Assembly (NCBI GenBank): GCA_029259695.1
Contig: JAJDEQ010000232.1
Span: 40,171 to 104,170 of the forward strand
Origin: Planctomycetota bacterium
GTDB lineage: Bacteria; Planctomycetota; B15-G4
Length of the DNA stretch: 64,000 nucleotides
Reading direction: 5' to 3'
This document shows positions 37,099 through 45,778 of this stretch, piece after piece. Position 1 is the stretch's first letter. Each line of letters opens with the position of its first letter. Both the position numbers and the translations under genes were made by a program. The notes below the pieces were generated by a model that saw nothing but the letters and a program-made list of their open reading frames with translations, made no database searches and was not told where the DNA came from.

Positions 37099-38154
37099 TC
37101 ACTCGCCCGCGAGTTCGAGCACCGCCAGTTCCACGCCGCGCGCCACGGCCAGCAGGAACGGCAGGTCCAGGGTTTCCGGCACGTCCGTCGGGCGGTGGTA
37201 GTGCGGATTGCGGAAGTTCGCCGTGTCGGTGAGCATCAGCGCGGGAATCCCGGCGTCCCAGAACGGTGCGTGATCGGAGCGACGGGTGTCGGGCAGCAGG
37301 AAGCCCGCGCCCGGGACCCACGAGAACACCTCGACGCGCATGGCGTCTCCCAGGCCGGCCTGCCGCTGGAGCGCCGCGCCCACCGAACGCGCCAGGTCTG
37401 ACGACGCCACGTTGCCGACGACCAGCAGGAAGTCGCCACGGTCCCCCGGGTCGAAGAACGCACGCACGCCCGGCGGCATGCGCTGGGAACCCGCGTGGCG
37501 CGCCGCGTACCCCACCGCTTCCAGGTTGATCACACCGGCGATTCGGGTTCGTTGCTGCTCGGACAGTCCCTTCAGGTAGGACACGGAACCGACCAGCCCG
37601 ACTTCTTCGGCGTCCAGGAACAGCAGTCGCACCTCGGCTGACAGGGGGTGGGACGCGAGGCTACGCGCGAGGGCCATGAGGGTCACCACTCCGCTCCCGT
37701 TGTCGTCCGCGCCCGGCGACCCCCGCACCGCGTCGTAGTGCGCGCAGACGACGAAGCTCGCCGGGCTGTCCTGGGGCCCCAGTCGCACCTCCAGGTTGGC
37801 GAGTTCCGCCTTCCGCCACGCCTTCCAGGCGACGGGACGGACGACGGGTTGAAGCCCCCAGTCACGCAGGCGCTGCAGCAGCCACTCGCGCGTCGCGCGA
37901 TGACCGGGGGTGCCCAAGGCGCGCTCCCGCGGGAGTTCGGCGAGCAGCGTCGCGAGCAGTTCGGCGCTCGTGCCGGTCGGCTGTGGAGGCGCCTCGGCGG
38001 CGGGCGGCGGCACCAGCGGAGCAGGCTGGTCCAGGCCCGGCCGCGCACAGGCCGCGAGCAGGAGGAGCAAGCCGAGACCAAGGCGCGGACGAGCCCCGGC
38101 CCCTCCGCTGTCCGGGCAGCATGCGCCCGACCGCAGCGAGGTCCTGCGGGACAT
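37099..38154 (-). CDS. M28-family aminopeptidase lipoprotein
   Basis: Start trimmed to ATG 38154, lipobox LLLLAAC. CAHYDAV, ADDNGSGV, FLDAEEVGLVGS, HYHRPTD. Confidence 0.85.
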   Translation of the reverse strand: MSRRTSLRSGACCPDSGGAGARPRLGLGLLLLLAACARPGLDQPAPLVPPPAAEAPPQPTGTSAELLATLLAELPRERALGTPGHRATREWLLQRLRDWGLQPVVRPVAWKAWRKAELANLEVRLGPQDSPASFVVCAHYDAVRGSPGADDNGSGVVTLMALARSLASHPLSAEVRLLFLDAEEVGLVGSVSYLKGLSEQQRTRIAGVINLEAVGYAARHAGSQRMPPGVRAFFDPGDRGDFLLVVGNVASSDLARSVGAALQRQAGLGDAMRVEVFSWVPGAGFLLPDTRRSDHAPFWDAGIPALMLTDTANFRNPHYHRPTDVPETLDLPFLLAVARGVELAVLELAGE

Positions 38155-38195
38155 GTGACCGACCGCGCACCTCGGCCAACGCCCGCTCGGACTGA

Positions 38196-39824
38196 TCACG
38201 TGGCGGCAGGCATGGCCAGTCGCGCGGCCCGCCGGGCCTGCCGCCGCCGCGTCCGCTCCTGCGCGCGACGCACGACGCCCGGCGTCAGGCTCCGCCCCGC
38301 CACGCGCTCGTAGGCGCGCACGAAGCGCAGCTTGTCGGTGCGCGTGATCCAGGGCGGGACGTCACCGATCTGGCCGAGCATGCGGGAGAGTTCGCGCTCC
38401 CTGAACGCTCCGCCAAGCGACATGTTGTCGAGATCGATCAGGAACACCCGCGGCGCATCCACAGGTGGGGCAAACCGCAGGTCTGGGATGCCATCCACAG
38501 GCTCGTCCACAATCAGCACGTTCTTGGCGGAGAGGTCGTGGTGCCAGGAGCCGCTCCGGGCGAGGCAGCCGACCGCGTGGCCCACGGCGCTCGCCACCCG
38601 GCGGCGCATGCAGGGCGCCGGGTCATCGCCCCAGCCGGTGAGCAGGGCCCGCAACGAGACGGCCGCGTCGAGCGCGCGCGTGACGAGCTGCGCGGAACCG
38701 TCAGCGCACTCGAGCAACGCCATCCCGGGCGGCGTGTCCACCCCGATGACCTCCAGCCGTCGCGCCCCGATCCATGCGCTGCGCGCACGACCACGCCCCA
38801 GATGCTGACGCACGCGGCCCCACAAGCCCCGTGCGGAGAAGTGTTTCACCACCATGTCGCCATGGGGACCGCTCACGCGGCGCACGCCGCTCGGTGCATC
38901 GTGCGCCGCCAGCTCGAATCCGGGCGCGGCGAGGTCGCGTTCGAGGTCGTCGCGACCGTAGCCTGTGCGCAAAAACAGACGGTCCTCCTCGACGCGAGCG
39001 CGGGTGAAACGAGATCCGTTGCGCACGCAACGCGCCGTCCGTCCCCGCACGTGGTCGCGCTCGAACGCATCGAGCCCTTCCATCACGGGGCCGACGAGGT
39101 GATCCCAGGGGCAGCCCACGCACTCCGCGTAATACCGGACGTACCCCGGGACCTCATCGAGTCGCAGGACATCGCGGATGGAGAACATGAGCCGCGCGAG
39201 ATTGGCGACCCGGATGCGGCGCGTCAGCCGGGGGACCCGCCACACCGTGTGCAGATCGGTGATCAGCATCTCGCCGGTCGTCGTCAGCAGGATGTTCTCG
39301 GCGTGCAGGTCCCGGTGGAAGTAAGGGTGCCGGTGCATTTGGGCCACCAGTCGCAGCCCCTGCCGGATCATGGCGCCACGCTCACTGCTCGGCGTGGATT
39401 TGAGCCTGTCCGCCAGCGTGGTCGCATCAGGCACCAGCCGGCCGATGAACCATGCCTCGACCAACCCGCCCGATGCCCACCGCTCGGCGAACGCGAGCGG
39501 GCGGACCGTGGGCAGGCCGAGCCGGCAGAAGGCCTCCATCACCCGGTATTCGCGCCGCGCCCGGCTCGGGCGCAGCAGGAACAACCGGCGGTCACGGGGC
39601 GGGACCTTGAAGTGCTTGAGGATCACTCCACCCGCAGTCGTCGGCACGCGCCAGACGGTCCGTGCACGATTCGACTTGAGCACCTCTGCGTCCGGCGGGA
39701 CACGCCCCTCGGCGAGGTCCGCTGCGACGCGCCGAGCCGCCGCGTCCGGTGGCGACGCCCAGAGCCACCGCACGGACGAGGGCGCGGGTGCGTTGAGGCT
39801 GGCCTCCGGCTCGAGCGGCGACAT
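38196..39824 (-). CDS. Tandem two-domain lipopolysaccharide kinase (Kdo/WaaP family)
   Basis: Domain 1: VLKSNRARTVWRV, HRDLHAENILL, ITDLH. Domain 2: VVKHF, HHDLSAKNVLI, LIDLDNM. Start taken at ATG 39824. Confidence 0.75.
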   Translation of the reverse strand: MSPLEPEASLNAPAPSSVRWLWASPPDAAARRVAADLAEGRVPPDAEVLKSNRARTVWRVPTTAGGVILKHFKVPPRDRRLFLLRPSRARREYRVMEAFCRLGLPTVRPLAFAERWASGGLVEAWFIGRLVPDATTLADRLKSTPSSERGAMIRQGLRLVAQMHRHPYFHRDLHAENILLTTTGEMLITDLHTVWRVPRLTRRIRVANLARLMFSIRDVLRLDEVPGYVRYYAECVGCPWDHLVGPVMEGLDAFERDHVRGRTARCVRNGSRFTRARVEEDRLFLRTGYGRDDLERDLAAPGFELAAHDAPSGVRRVSGPHGDMVVKHFSARGLWGRVRQHLGRGRARSAWIGARRLEVIGVDTPPGMALLECADGSAQLVTRALDAAVSLRALLTGWGDDPAPCMRRRVASAVGHAVGCLARSGSWHHDLSAKNVLIVDEPVDGIPDLRFAPPVDAPRVFLIDLDNMSLGGAFRERELSRMLGQIGDVPPWITRTDKLRFVRAYERVAGRSLTPGVVRRAQERTRRRQARRAARLAMPAAT

Positions 39825-39895
39825 CCATGAATTATACGAGAAGTCTGCCGGCACCCGGTCCAGTTCATCTTCGCGCCTTGCTAACGTGGTCTTCG

Positions 39896-41086
39896 ATGCG
39901 GATCGCGTTGGTGTTCAAGCGGTTCTCCCGCCACGGGGGCTCGGAACGGCAGCTTCACCTGCTCGCCGCGCACCTTGCCGAGCAGGGGGACGATGTGCAC
40001 GTCTACTGCTCGAGCGTGCGGGCGCAGACGCCGCCTGGAGTGACCCTGCACCGCATGACCTGGCGCCCGCCCGGTCACATGCTGCAGATGGCCACCTTCT
40101 CCGCCTGGGCGAAGCAGGCCATCGCGCGCGATGCGCGGAAGAACGGGCGCTTCGACATCACTCACGCCTTCGGTCGCACGCTCGGCCAGGACGTCTATCG
40201 AGTGGGCGGTGGCTGCCATCTGACCTACCTCTCCCACGCCCACGCCCTCGATCGACCGGCAAGCTTGCGCTGGCTGTCACGCCGAAGCCCCTACCAACTG
40301 CTCAAGGCGAACATGGAAGCCCGAGCCCTCCAGGCCGAGGCGACGCGCGGGATCATCACCAACAGCAACATGGCTCGTGACGACCTGATCGCCAGCTACG
40401 GCCTCGATGCCGACCGGCTCCACGTCGTCCGCAACGGTGTCGACCTGGCCCGTTTCCGGCCACCGCGGCCCGGCGAACGAGACGCGCTGCGTTCGGCGAT
40501 CAGTCTTGCCCCGCAGGACGAGGTGGTGCTGTTCCTGGGCACCGGCTACGCCCGCAAGGGACTCGATGTCGCGCTGCGAGCCGTCGCGCGTCTCGCTCCG
40601 GCGCGCCCCGCGCTGCAATTCATCGTGATGGGCAACGACACACGCGGGAGGCACTGGCGGAACTTCGTGCAGCAGCTCGGCATCGGAGGCCGAGTACGCC
40701 TGCTCGGACCCGCCGACGAACCCGAACGCGCGTACCGCCTGGCGGACGTCTACCTGCTCCCCACGGCCTACGACCCGGCCGCGAACACGACCCTCGAAGC
40801 GCTCGCAAGCGGCACCCCCGTCGTCACGTCTGCGATGAACGGGGCCGCCGAGATCATCGACACCGCCAGCTACGGGAGCGTCCTGCCCAACCCGGTCCAT
40901 CCCGATGACATCGCGGCGGCCTTGCAGCACTGGCTCGACCTCCCCGACCAGGCCGCCGTCCGTCGGGCCGCCCGCGCACGCGCAGAGCAGTTCCCCACCG
41001 GCTCGAGTTCTGGAGCGATCAGGCGGCTCTACCTGGATTGGATCGAAGCCGGTCAGGCCTCCGCCACGCCCACCGTCGCGAAGTAG
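39896..41086 (+). CDS. GT4-family glycosyltransferase (WaaG-like)
   Basis: Start trimmed to ATG 39896 (MRIALVFKRFSRHGGSERQ). LFLGTGYARKG, LLPTAYDPAANTTLEALASGTPVVTS. Confidence 0.85.
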   Translation: MRIALVFKRFSRHGGSERQLHLLAAHLAEQGDDVHVYCSSVRAQTPPGVTLHRMTWRPPGHMLQMATFSAWAKQAIARDARKNGRFDITHAFGRTLGQDVYRVGGGCHLTYLSHAHALDRPASLRWLSRRSPYQLLKANMEARALQAEATRGIITNSNMARDDLIASYGLDADRLHVVRNGVDLARFRPPRPGERDALRSAISLAPQDEVVLFLGTGYARKGLDVALRAVARLAPARPALQFIVMGNDTRGRHWRNFVQQLGIGGRVRLLGPADEPERAYRLADVYLLPTAYDPAANTTLEALASGTPVVTSAMNGAAEIIDTASYGSVLPNPVHPDDIAAALQHWLDLPDQAAVRRAARARAEQFPTGSSSGAIRRLYLDWIEAGQASATPTVAK

Positions 41087-42264
41087 TTCATCATGGCGTG
41101 GAACTGACGGTGCAGGTCGTGTTCACCGCAGTCCAGGGGGGACTTGAAGTACGGCGCGAGATGGGACATCGCTCCCTTCTCGCCGCGGCGCATGGCCAGC
41201 TCGGTGAGGCGCACCATGTCGAGTACGAGCGGCGCGGCGAGGATCGAGTCGCAGCCCTGCCAGGTGAACTGCATCGACATCTTGTGATCCATGAAGCCGC
41301 GGAAGTGGATGAAGTCCCACGCCGTCTTCAGATCGTCGAGGGACTCGACGTAGTCGATGCCCACATGGGTGTGCAGCGGATACCCGAGGATCCCCTGCAG
41401 CACGGAGTCCTTGGAGACCACCTTGGACTCGAGGTTCTCGGGGTTGGCCAGGATCTGTCCGTCTCGGTCACCGAGCATGTTGTAGCCCTGCCAGGAGAGC
41501 ACCTGGAGGTTGCGGTACTTGAACATCGGGGCCAACGCGCTCTTGACCAGCGTTTCGCCGGTCTTGCCATCGTTACCCATGAACGGCATGCCGCACTGCT
41601 CGCCCATCGCGCGCATCACGGGACACAGCGCACTCGTGGACGGCGTGAAGTTGATGTACCCGCAGCCTTCCTGGAAGGCAGCGTAGGCGTAGAGCATGCT
41701 GGGGCGCACGCGGCTCGTATCGCCGTCGTCGAGCAGGCGTTCCAGTTCGTCCCGATCGACGATGGCGTCCGCCTCGGCCAGAGGCGGTTCGGTCGACGCG
41801 AGGTTGACGACGACGATGTTGTCGACCGACTCGCGGGCCCGGAAGGAGCGGATGTCCGATTGGATGCGTTGGATGATTGAACGCAACCCATCGTCCAGGC
41901 GCGTCACCGGGTTGGTGGCGATGTCGTGGATCGCGTCCCCCGCGTGGACAGCCGTGCCCGGCTTCAGCGCCTCCGAGATGTCCAGCAGGTCTTCCTTGAT
42001 CGCCTGGATGACCTCGAGATCCAGCGACCCGCTCTTCTTGTAGATCTCGTACGCACTCTCCCAGTAGTTCGACTGACGCACCTCGTGCCCGCCGAACACC
42101 ATGTCCGCGATGGGTACGAGATCGAGCGGCTCGAATTCCTGACGCGTGGTCACCAACCCGGTGTCCGACACGAGCCCCTGCGCCATCGCGCGCGCCCCCA
42201 CGACCATCGTGGTACCGATGCCCCCAAGGGCACCGATCGTCCAAACTCCGAGGGGCTCGCTCAC
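41053..42264 (-). CDS. ino1: myo-Inositol-1-phosphate (inositol-3-phosphate) synthase
   Basis: GTG 42264 preceded by GGAGA. GALGGIGTT NAD site, VVVNLASTEP, GNDGKTGETLVKSALAPMF, SWQGYNMLGDRDG. Confidence 0.88.
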   Translation of the reverse strand: MSEPLGVWTIGALGGIGTTMVVGARAMAQGLVSDTGLVTTRQEFEPLDLVPIADMVFGGHEVRQSNYWESAYEIYKKSGSLDLEVIQAIKEDLLDISEALKPGTAVHAGDAIHDIATNPVTRLDDGLRSIIQRIQSDIRSFRARESVDNIVVVNLASTEPPLAEADAIVDRDELERLLDDGDTSRVRPSMLYAYAAFQEGCGYINFTPSTSALCPVMRAMGEQCGMPFMGNDGKTGETLVKSALAPMFKYRNLQVLSWQGYNMLGDRDGQILANPENLESKVVSKDSVLQGILGYPLHTHVGIDYVESLDDLKTAWDFIHFRGFMDHKMSMQFTWQGCDSILAAPLVLDMVRLTELAMRRGEKGAMSHLAPYFKSPLDCGEHDLHRQFHAMMNYFATVGVAEA

Positions 42265-42427
42265 GAGAAGGGGTCTCCAGGGCCCGGGAGGGTCGCGGCC
42301 GTGGCAACCGGTGGCGGGCAGGGGGCTGGGAAGGCAGGTGGCACGAAGGGGGCGGATTCTACGCATCAGGCCGTGGCAAGCACGGACCGAGCCGGGGATG
42401 ATCACCCACAACCCGGGAAACAATCCG

Positions 42428-42877
42428 ATGGAACACCAGCCTCATACCTACGATGACCTCAAACCCGGCCAATCGTTCCTCGCCGGACCGCGCACCATCT
42501 CGGCGGCGGACGTGGCCGCCTTCGCGCGACTCTCGGGCGACCAGACCGCACTGCACACGGACGAGAGCTACGCCGCGACCACGCCGTTCGGCGGCATCGT
42601 GGCGCACGGTGCCTTGGTCCTCGCCGCTGCGACCGGCCTGGCGTACGACATGGGGGTGTTCGAGGGCACCGTGCTCGCCTTCCGCTCCATGGAGGTCTCC
42701 TACGATCGCCCCGTCAAACCGGGAGATCAGTTGAGCCTGACGCTCACGGTGGAAGCCCTCGACGAGCGCCCACGGCCCGATCGGGGTCGTGTGTCCTTCC
42801 GGGCCCAGGTTGCCAACGGCGACGGCAAAGTCGTCTTGTCGGGCTGCTGGCGCCTGGTTCTCCGGCGTTCGGCGTGA
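42428..42877 (+). CDS. MaoC-like (R)-hydratase hot-dog fold protein
   Basis: ATG 42428. FARLSGDQTALHTDE hydratase motif, then GGIVAHGAL. Confidence 0.85.
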   Translation: MEHQPHTYDDLKPGQSFLAGPRTISAADVAAFARLSGDQTALHTDESYAATTPFGGIVAHGALVLAAATGLAYDMGVFEGTVLAFRSMEVSYDRPVKPGDQLSLTLTVEALDERPRPDRGRVSFRAQVANGDGKVVLSGCWRLVLRRSA

Positions 42878-42981
42878 GTTACCCCCGCCCCATCCCGGCA
42901 GGCAAATCCTGTCTTTTCGACTGTACTGTTTTAACTCCCTTTTAATTAACCACTTACACGCACAACGATCAACGGATGGCG

Positions 42982-43011
42982 TTGACACGCTAGATGTGGG
43001 GCTGGTATATG
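42982..43011 (+). promoter_or_regulatory. Candidate sigma70 promoter with extended -10
   Basis: TTGACA (42982-42987), 18-nt spacer, TGgTATATg (43003-43011). Embedded in an AT-rich island. About 65 nt upstream of the small ORF. Confidence 0.5.
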
Positions 43012-43080
43012 TCCCCGTGTCGTACATGTGGTAGGCGGTCCTCGAGTGGCATCGGGGATTGGCAATGGGAGGGTTATGAA

Positions 43081-43317
43081 ATGGTTCGCAAGGAAAAGTC
43101 CGCAGCAGCGGCGTTTCTCGAGTCGGCCGAGCAAGTGGAGTGGGTCGAGGTCGTCCTCAGGGACGGACGAACGCTCCAGGGCAACGTGATCCGGAATCCG
43201 ATCCGGCGGACCGGAACCGTGGTGAACGCGGTCGCCGAGACGCGGCACGATTTCCAGATCGATGAGGTCCAGGCGGTGCACCGGGTCAGTGACCCGCGAA
43301 CTGCTGGCCTGAGCTAG
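43081..43317 (+). CDS. Hypothetical 78-aa protein, Sm-like beta-strand pattern
   Basis: GGGAGGG (43067-43073) 7 nt before the ATG. G/C-ending codon bias. VEVVLRDGRTLQGNV resembles an Sm1 motif. No recognised family. Confidence 0.5.
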   Translation: MVRKEKSAAAAFLESAEQVEWVEVVLRDGRTLQGNVIRNPIRRTGTVVNAVAETRHDFQIDEVQAVHRVSDPRTAGLS

Positions 43318-43328
43318 AGCGCAGGGCC

Positions 43329-43348
43329 GCAGCCTCCCCGCAGGCTGC
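43329..43348 (+). terminator. Weak hairpin after the small ORF
   Basis: GCAGCCT / AGGCTGC 7-bp stem with a 6-nt loop, 12 nt after the stop. The T-richer ttcgttgtt follows 12 nt later. Confidence 0.3.
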
Positions 43349-43532
43349 AGTCCGGCCGCATTCGTTGTTGGGATCCGCCCCGCTACCCCCGGGGGGCGGG
43401 CCTACGCAGCGGCGGTCGCGCGGGGACGTCCGTAGGGGCACTCCCAACAGAGAGCGTCCCGATCGGGCTCGATCCGTCCCGGCGGCGGTCATTGCCGCTC
43501 CACCACCCGTCCGGCTACCGGGCGGGATTCGT

Positions 43533-43562
43533 TATCCAATCCGGGCGAGCTCCTAGCATAAT
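43533..43562 (+). promoter_or_regulatory. Possible promoter of the HEAT-repeat gene
   Basis: CATAAT at 43557-43562 in an AT-richer patch (gttatccaat...tagcataat). The -35 is poor (TATCCA/TTATCC). Confidence 0.3.
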
Positions 43563-43650
43563 GCGCGTCCGCCTCTCCCCCGCCGGAGAGGCCCAGTCCT
43601 CCCCGTCGCCGGCAATCGCCGGCCTGGATACCCAGCAAGGTAGATCGGCC

Positions 43651-45600
43651 ATGAGGAAAGTCCTGTTCGCAGCGCTCTGCGTTGGATTGCTCACGTTCCC
43701 TGTGTTCGCCCATGGCGGCCAGTACAAGGGGCCGGGCGATGCCGGTGGCAACACCGGCGGTGGCGGCGGTTCCGTCAACCCGCCAACCAACCCAGGCGGC
43801 GCTACCGCCCCGGGCCCGGGAGCGCCTCCCGGACGCAGCAGCGTCGGCACCGTGGGCCGCGGCACCACCGGCGGCCGATCGGTGCGCGGTGAGTCGGATC
43901 GCGGAAAGGCCACGACCGGCTCCACGGAGATCTCCGGTCCCGGATACGAGATCTGGGAGTTCTGGTGGGAGAACAACAAGGATCCGTTCCTGAACCTCAA
44001 GGGCCGGATGATCAAGACGAGCAACGTGTCGGGCTCCGTAGGCGTCCTCACAGGGCGTGGACGCAAGTCCGATGCCGGCACGTCGCGCCGTCCGAGCGCT
44101 GCACAGATCGCAACCGACGTCGTGCCCGCGTTCCTCGAACTGATGAAGGCGAGCACCGACCGGGACATCCTCGACTCGACCGTGCTCGCGCTCGGCCGTA
44201 TCGGGCGCCCCGAGACGGCAGCCGAGATCATCGAGGCCGCGCGGCCGTTGCTGCGGCACGGCGAGTTGTCGGTGCGCTCGTCCGCCACCCTGGCCCTCGG
44301 CGTCCTGGGCTCAGACGCATCCCTCGAGTTGCTCAACGAGATCCTCTCCGACTCGTCCAAGGGCCGCACGGCGGTTGGACAGAGCCAGGTCTCCGATCTC
44401 GTGCGGGCCTTCGCCGCACTGGCGATGGGACTGATCGACACGCCGGAGGCGATCGACACCCTGACCAACACGATCAACTCGCTGACCGACGCCGACAAGG
44501 ACATCAAGGTCTGCTCGATCGTCGCGCTCGGCCTGATGGAGAACGACGATTCGCCCCGCGCGATCGAGTTCCTGACGAAGAAGCTCGGCGACCGCAAGCT
44601 CGACCAGACGATCCGCAGCTACATCCCGACATCCCTCGGCAAGCTCGCTCACCCCGGCAATACGGCCGTGGTCGACGCTCTCCTCTCGACCTTCAGCAAC
44701 AAGGACACGGAGAACCTCGTGCGACAGTCGGCTGCGATTGCACTCGGCCGTCTCGCGACAACGAGCAACGGCGAAGTGATCGAGGTGCTGAGCGATTACA
44801 TCGAAGAAGGCAAGGACATGCAGACGCGGCACTTCGCGTTCATCAGCCTCGCCAAGATCGGTGCCCGCGATGAGACGCCCGACGAACGTGCGGACGTGCA
44901 CAAGCAGCTGATCAACCTCTTCACCAACGAGATGAGCAGCCGCAAGGCGAGCGCGAAGACGAACCGGTCGTGGGCCGCGATCGCCGGAGCGCTCTACGGG
45001 CGCACCCATGCGGACGCTCAGGTCGAGATCGTCGACCGCCTCAAGACCGGCTACGACGATGAGAAGAACCCGTCCTACAAGTCCGCCTACGCGGTCGCTC
45101 TGGGGCTCATGAACGTGCGCGACATGGGCGAACAGATCTTCGATGACTTCAACTCGTCGCAGGATCAGGACCTCAAGGGTTACTGCGCCGTCGCTCTCGG
45201 CCTGATGCGTTACGTCGAGGCAGCCGACGCACTCCGCGGTCTGGTTCAGAACAAGACGATCACGCCCACCTTCCGGCTGCAGACCGCAACCGGTCTGGGT
45301 CTGATGGGTGATGAGCAGGCGGTGGACGTGCTGATCGACACCTTGCAGGCGGCGGAGACGCTGGGCGTGAGCTCGGCTGTCGCCAAGGCCCTCGGACTGA
45401 TCGGCGACAAGCAGGCGATCGCACCGCTCAAGGATCTTGCAGCCAACAAGGACAAGACGAAGCTCACGCGGGCCTTCGCCTGTGTCGCGCTCGGGATCGT
45501 TGGCGAGAAGACCGAACTGCCGTGGAACACGCGCATCAGCGAGGACAACAACTACCGCGCGCGCGTGCCTGCGATCGACGAGGTGCTCGACATCCTCTGA
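43651..45600 (+). CDS. Secreted HEAT-repeat protein
   Basis: Start trimmed to ATG 43651, signal peptide MRKVLFAALCVGLLTFPVFA. Gly/Pro-rich spacer, YEIWEFWWENNKDPFL motif, then more than 10 HEAT-like repeats (LALGRIG, LALGVLG, VALGLM, AIALGRL, AKALGLIG, CVALGIVG). Confidence 0.8.
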   Translation: MRKVLFAALCVGLLTFPVFAHGGQYKGPGDAGGNTGGGGGSVNPPTNPGGATAPGPGAPPGRSSVGTVGRGTTGGRSVRGESDRGKATTGSTEISGPGYEIWEFWWENNKDPFLNLKGRMIKTSNVSGSVGVLTGRGRKSDAGTSRRPSAAQIATDVVPAFLELMKASTDRDILDSTVLALGRIGRPETAAEIIEAARPLLRHGELSVRSSATLALGVLGSDASLELLNEILSDSSKGRTAVGQSQVSDLVRAFAALAMGLIDTPEAIDTLTNTINSLTDADKDIKVCSIVALGLMENDDSPRAIEFLTKKLGDRKLDQTIRSYIPTSLGKLAHPGNTAVVDALLSTFSNKDTENLVRQSAAIALGRLATTSNGEVIEVLSDYIEEGKDMQTRHFAFISLAKIGARDETPDERADVHKQLINLFTNEMSSRKASAKTNRSWAAIAGALYGRTHADAQVEIVDRLKTGYDDEKNPSYKSAYAVALGLMNVRDMGEQIFDDFNSSQDQDLKGYCAVALGLMRYVEAADALRGLVQNKTITPTFRLQTATGLGLMGDEQAVDVLIDTLQAAETLGVSSAVAKALGLIGDKQAIAPLKDLAANKDKTKLTRAFACVALGIVGEKTELPWNTRISEDNNYRARVPAIDEVLDIL

Positions 45601-45622
45601 GCGGCGCCAATCGGGTATCCAG

Positions 45623-45645
45623 ACCGCGTGGCATCTGCACGCGGT
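45623..45645. terminator. Hairpin in the convergent intergenic region
   Basis: ACCGCGTG (45623-45630) / CACGCGGT (45638-45645) with a 7-nt loop. A second hairpin ACGCGGGG/CCCCGCGT lies at about 45655-45690. Both sit between convergent genes. Confidence 0.4.
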
Positions 45646-45778
45646 GCCGATCGAGACGCGGGGTCGTCCTCACGGGCGGCCCCGCGTTGCGTTGCAGGGG
45701 CACGTCTCCATGGCGGGCACACTCGAGCACGGATGCCCACGACCGTCCGTCGCGCCGCCTGAGCCAGCAGGAATGGAC

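Noticed and set aside
42878-45600. Low-GC island as a mobile element or prophage remnant
   Set aside because: There is no integrase, transposase, tRNA attachment site or flanking direct or inverted repeats that I could find. The composition shift is noted as a finding but not called a mobile element.
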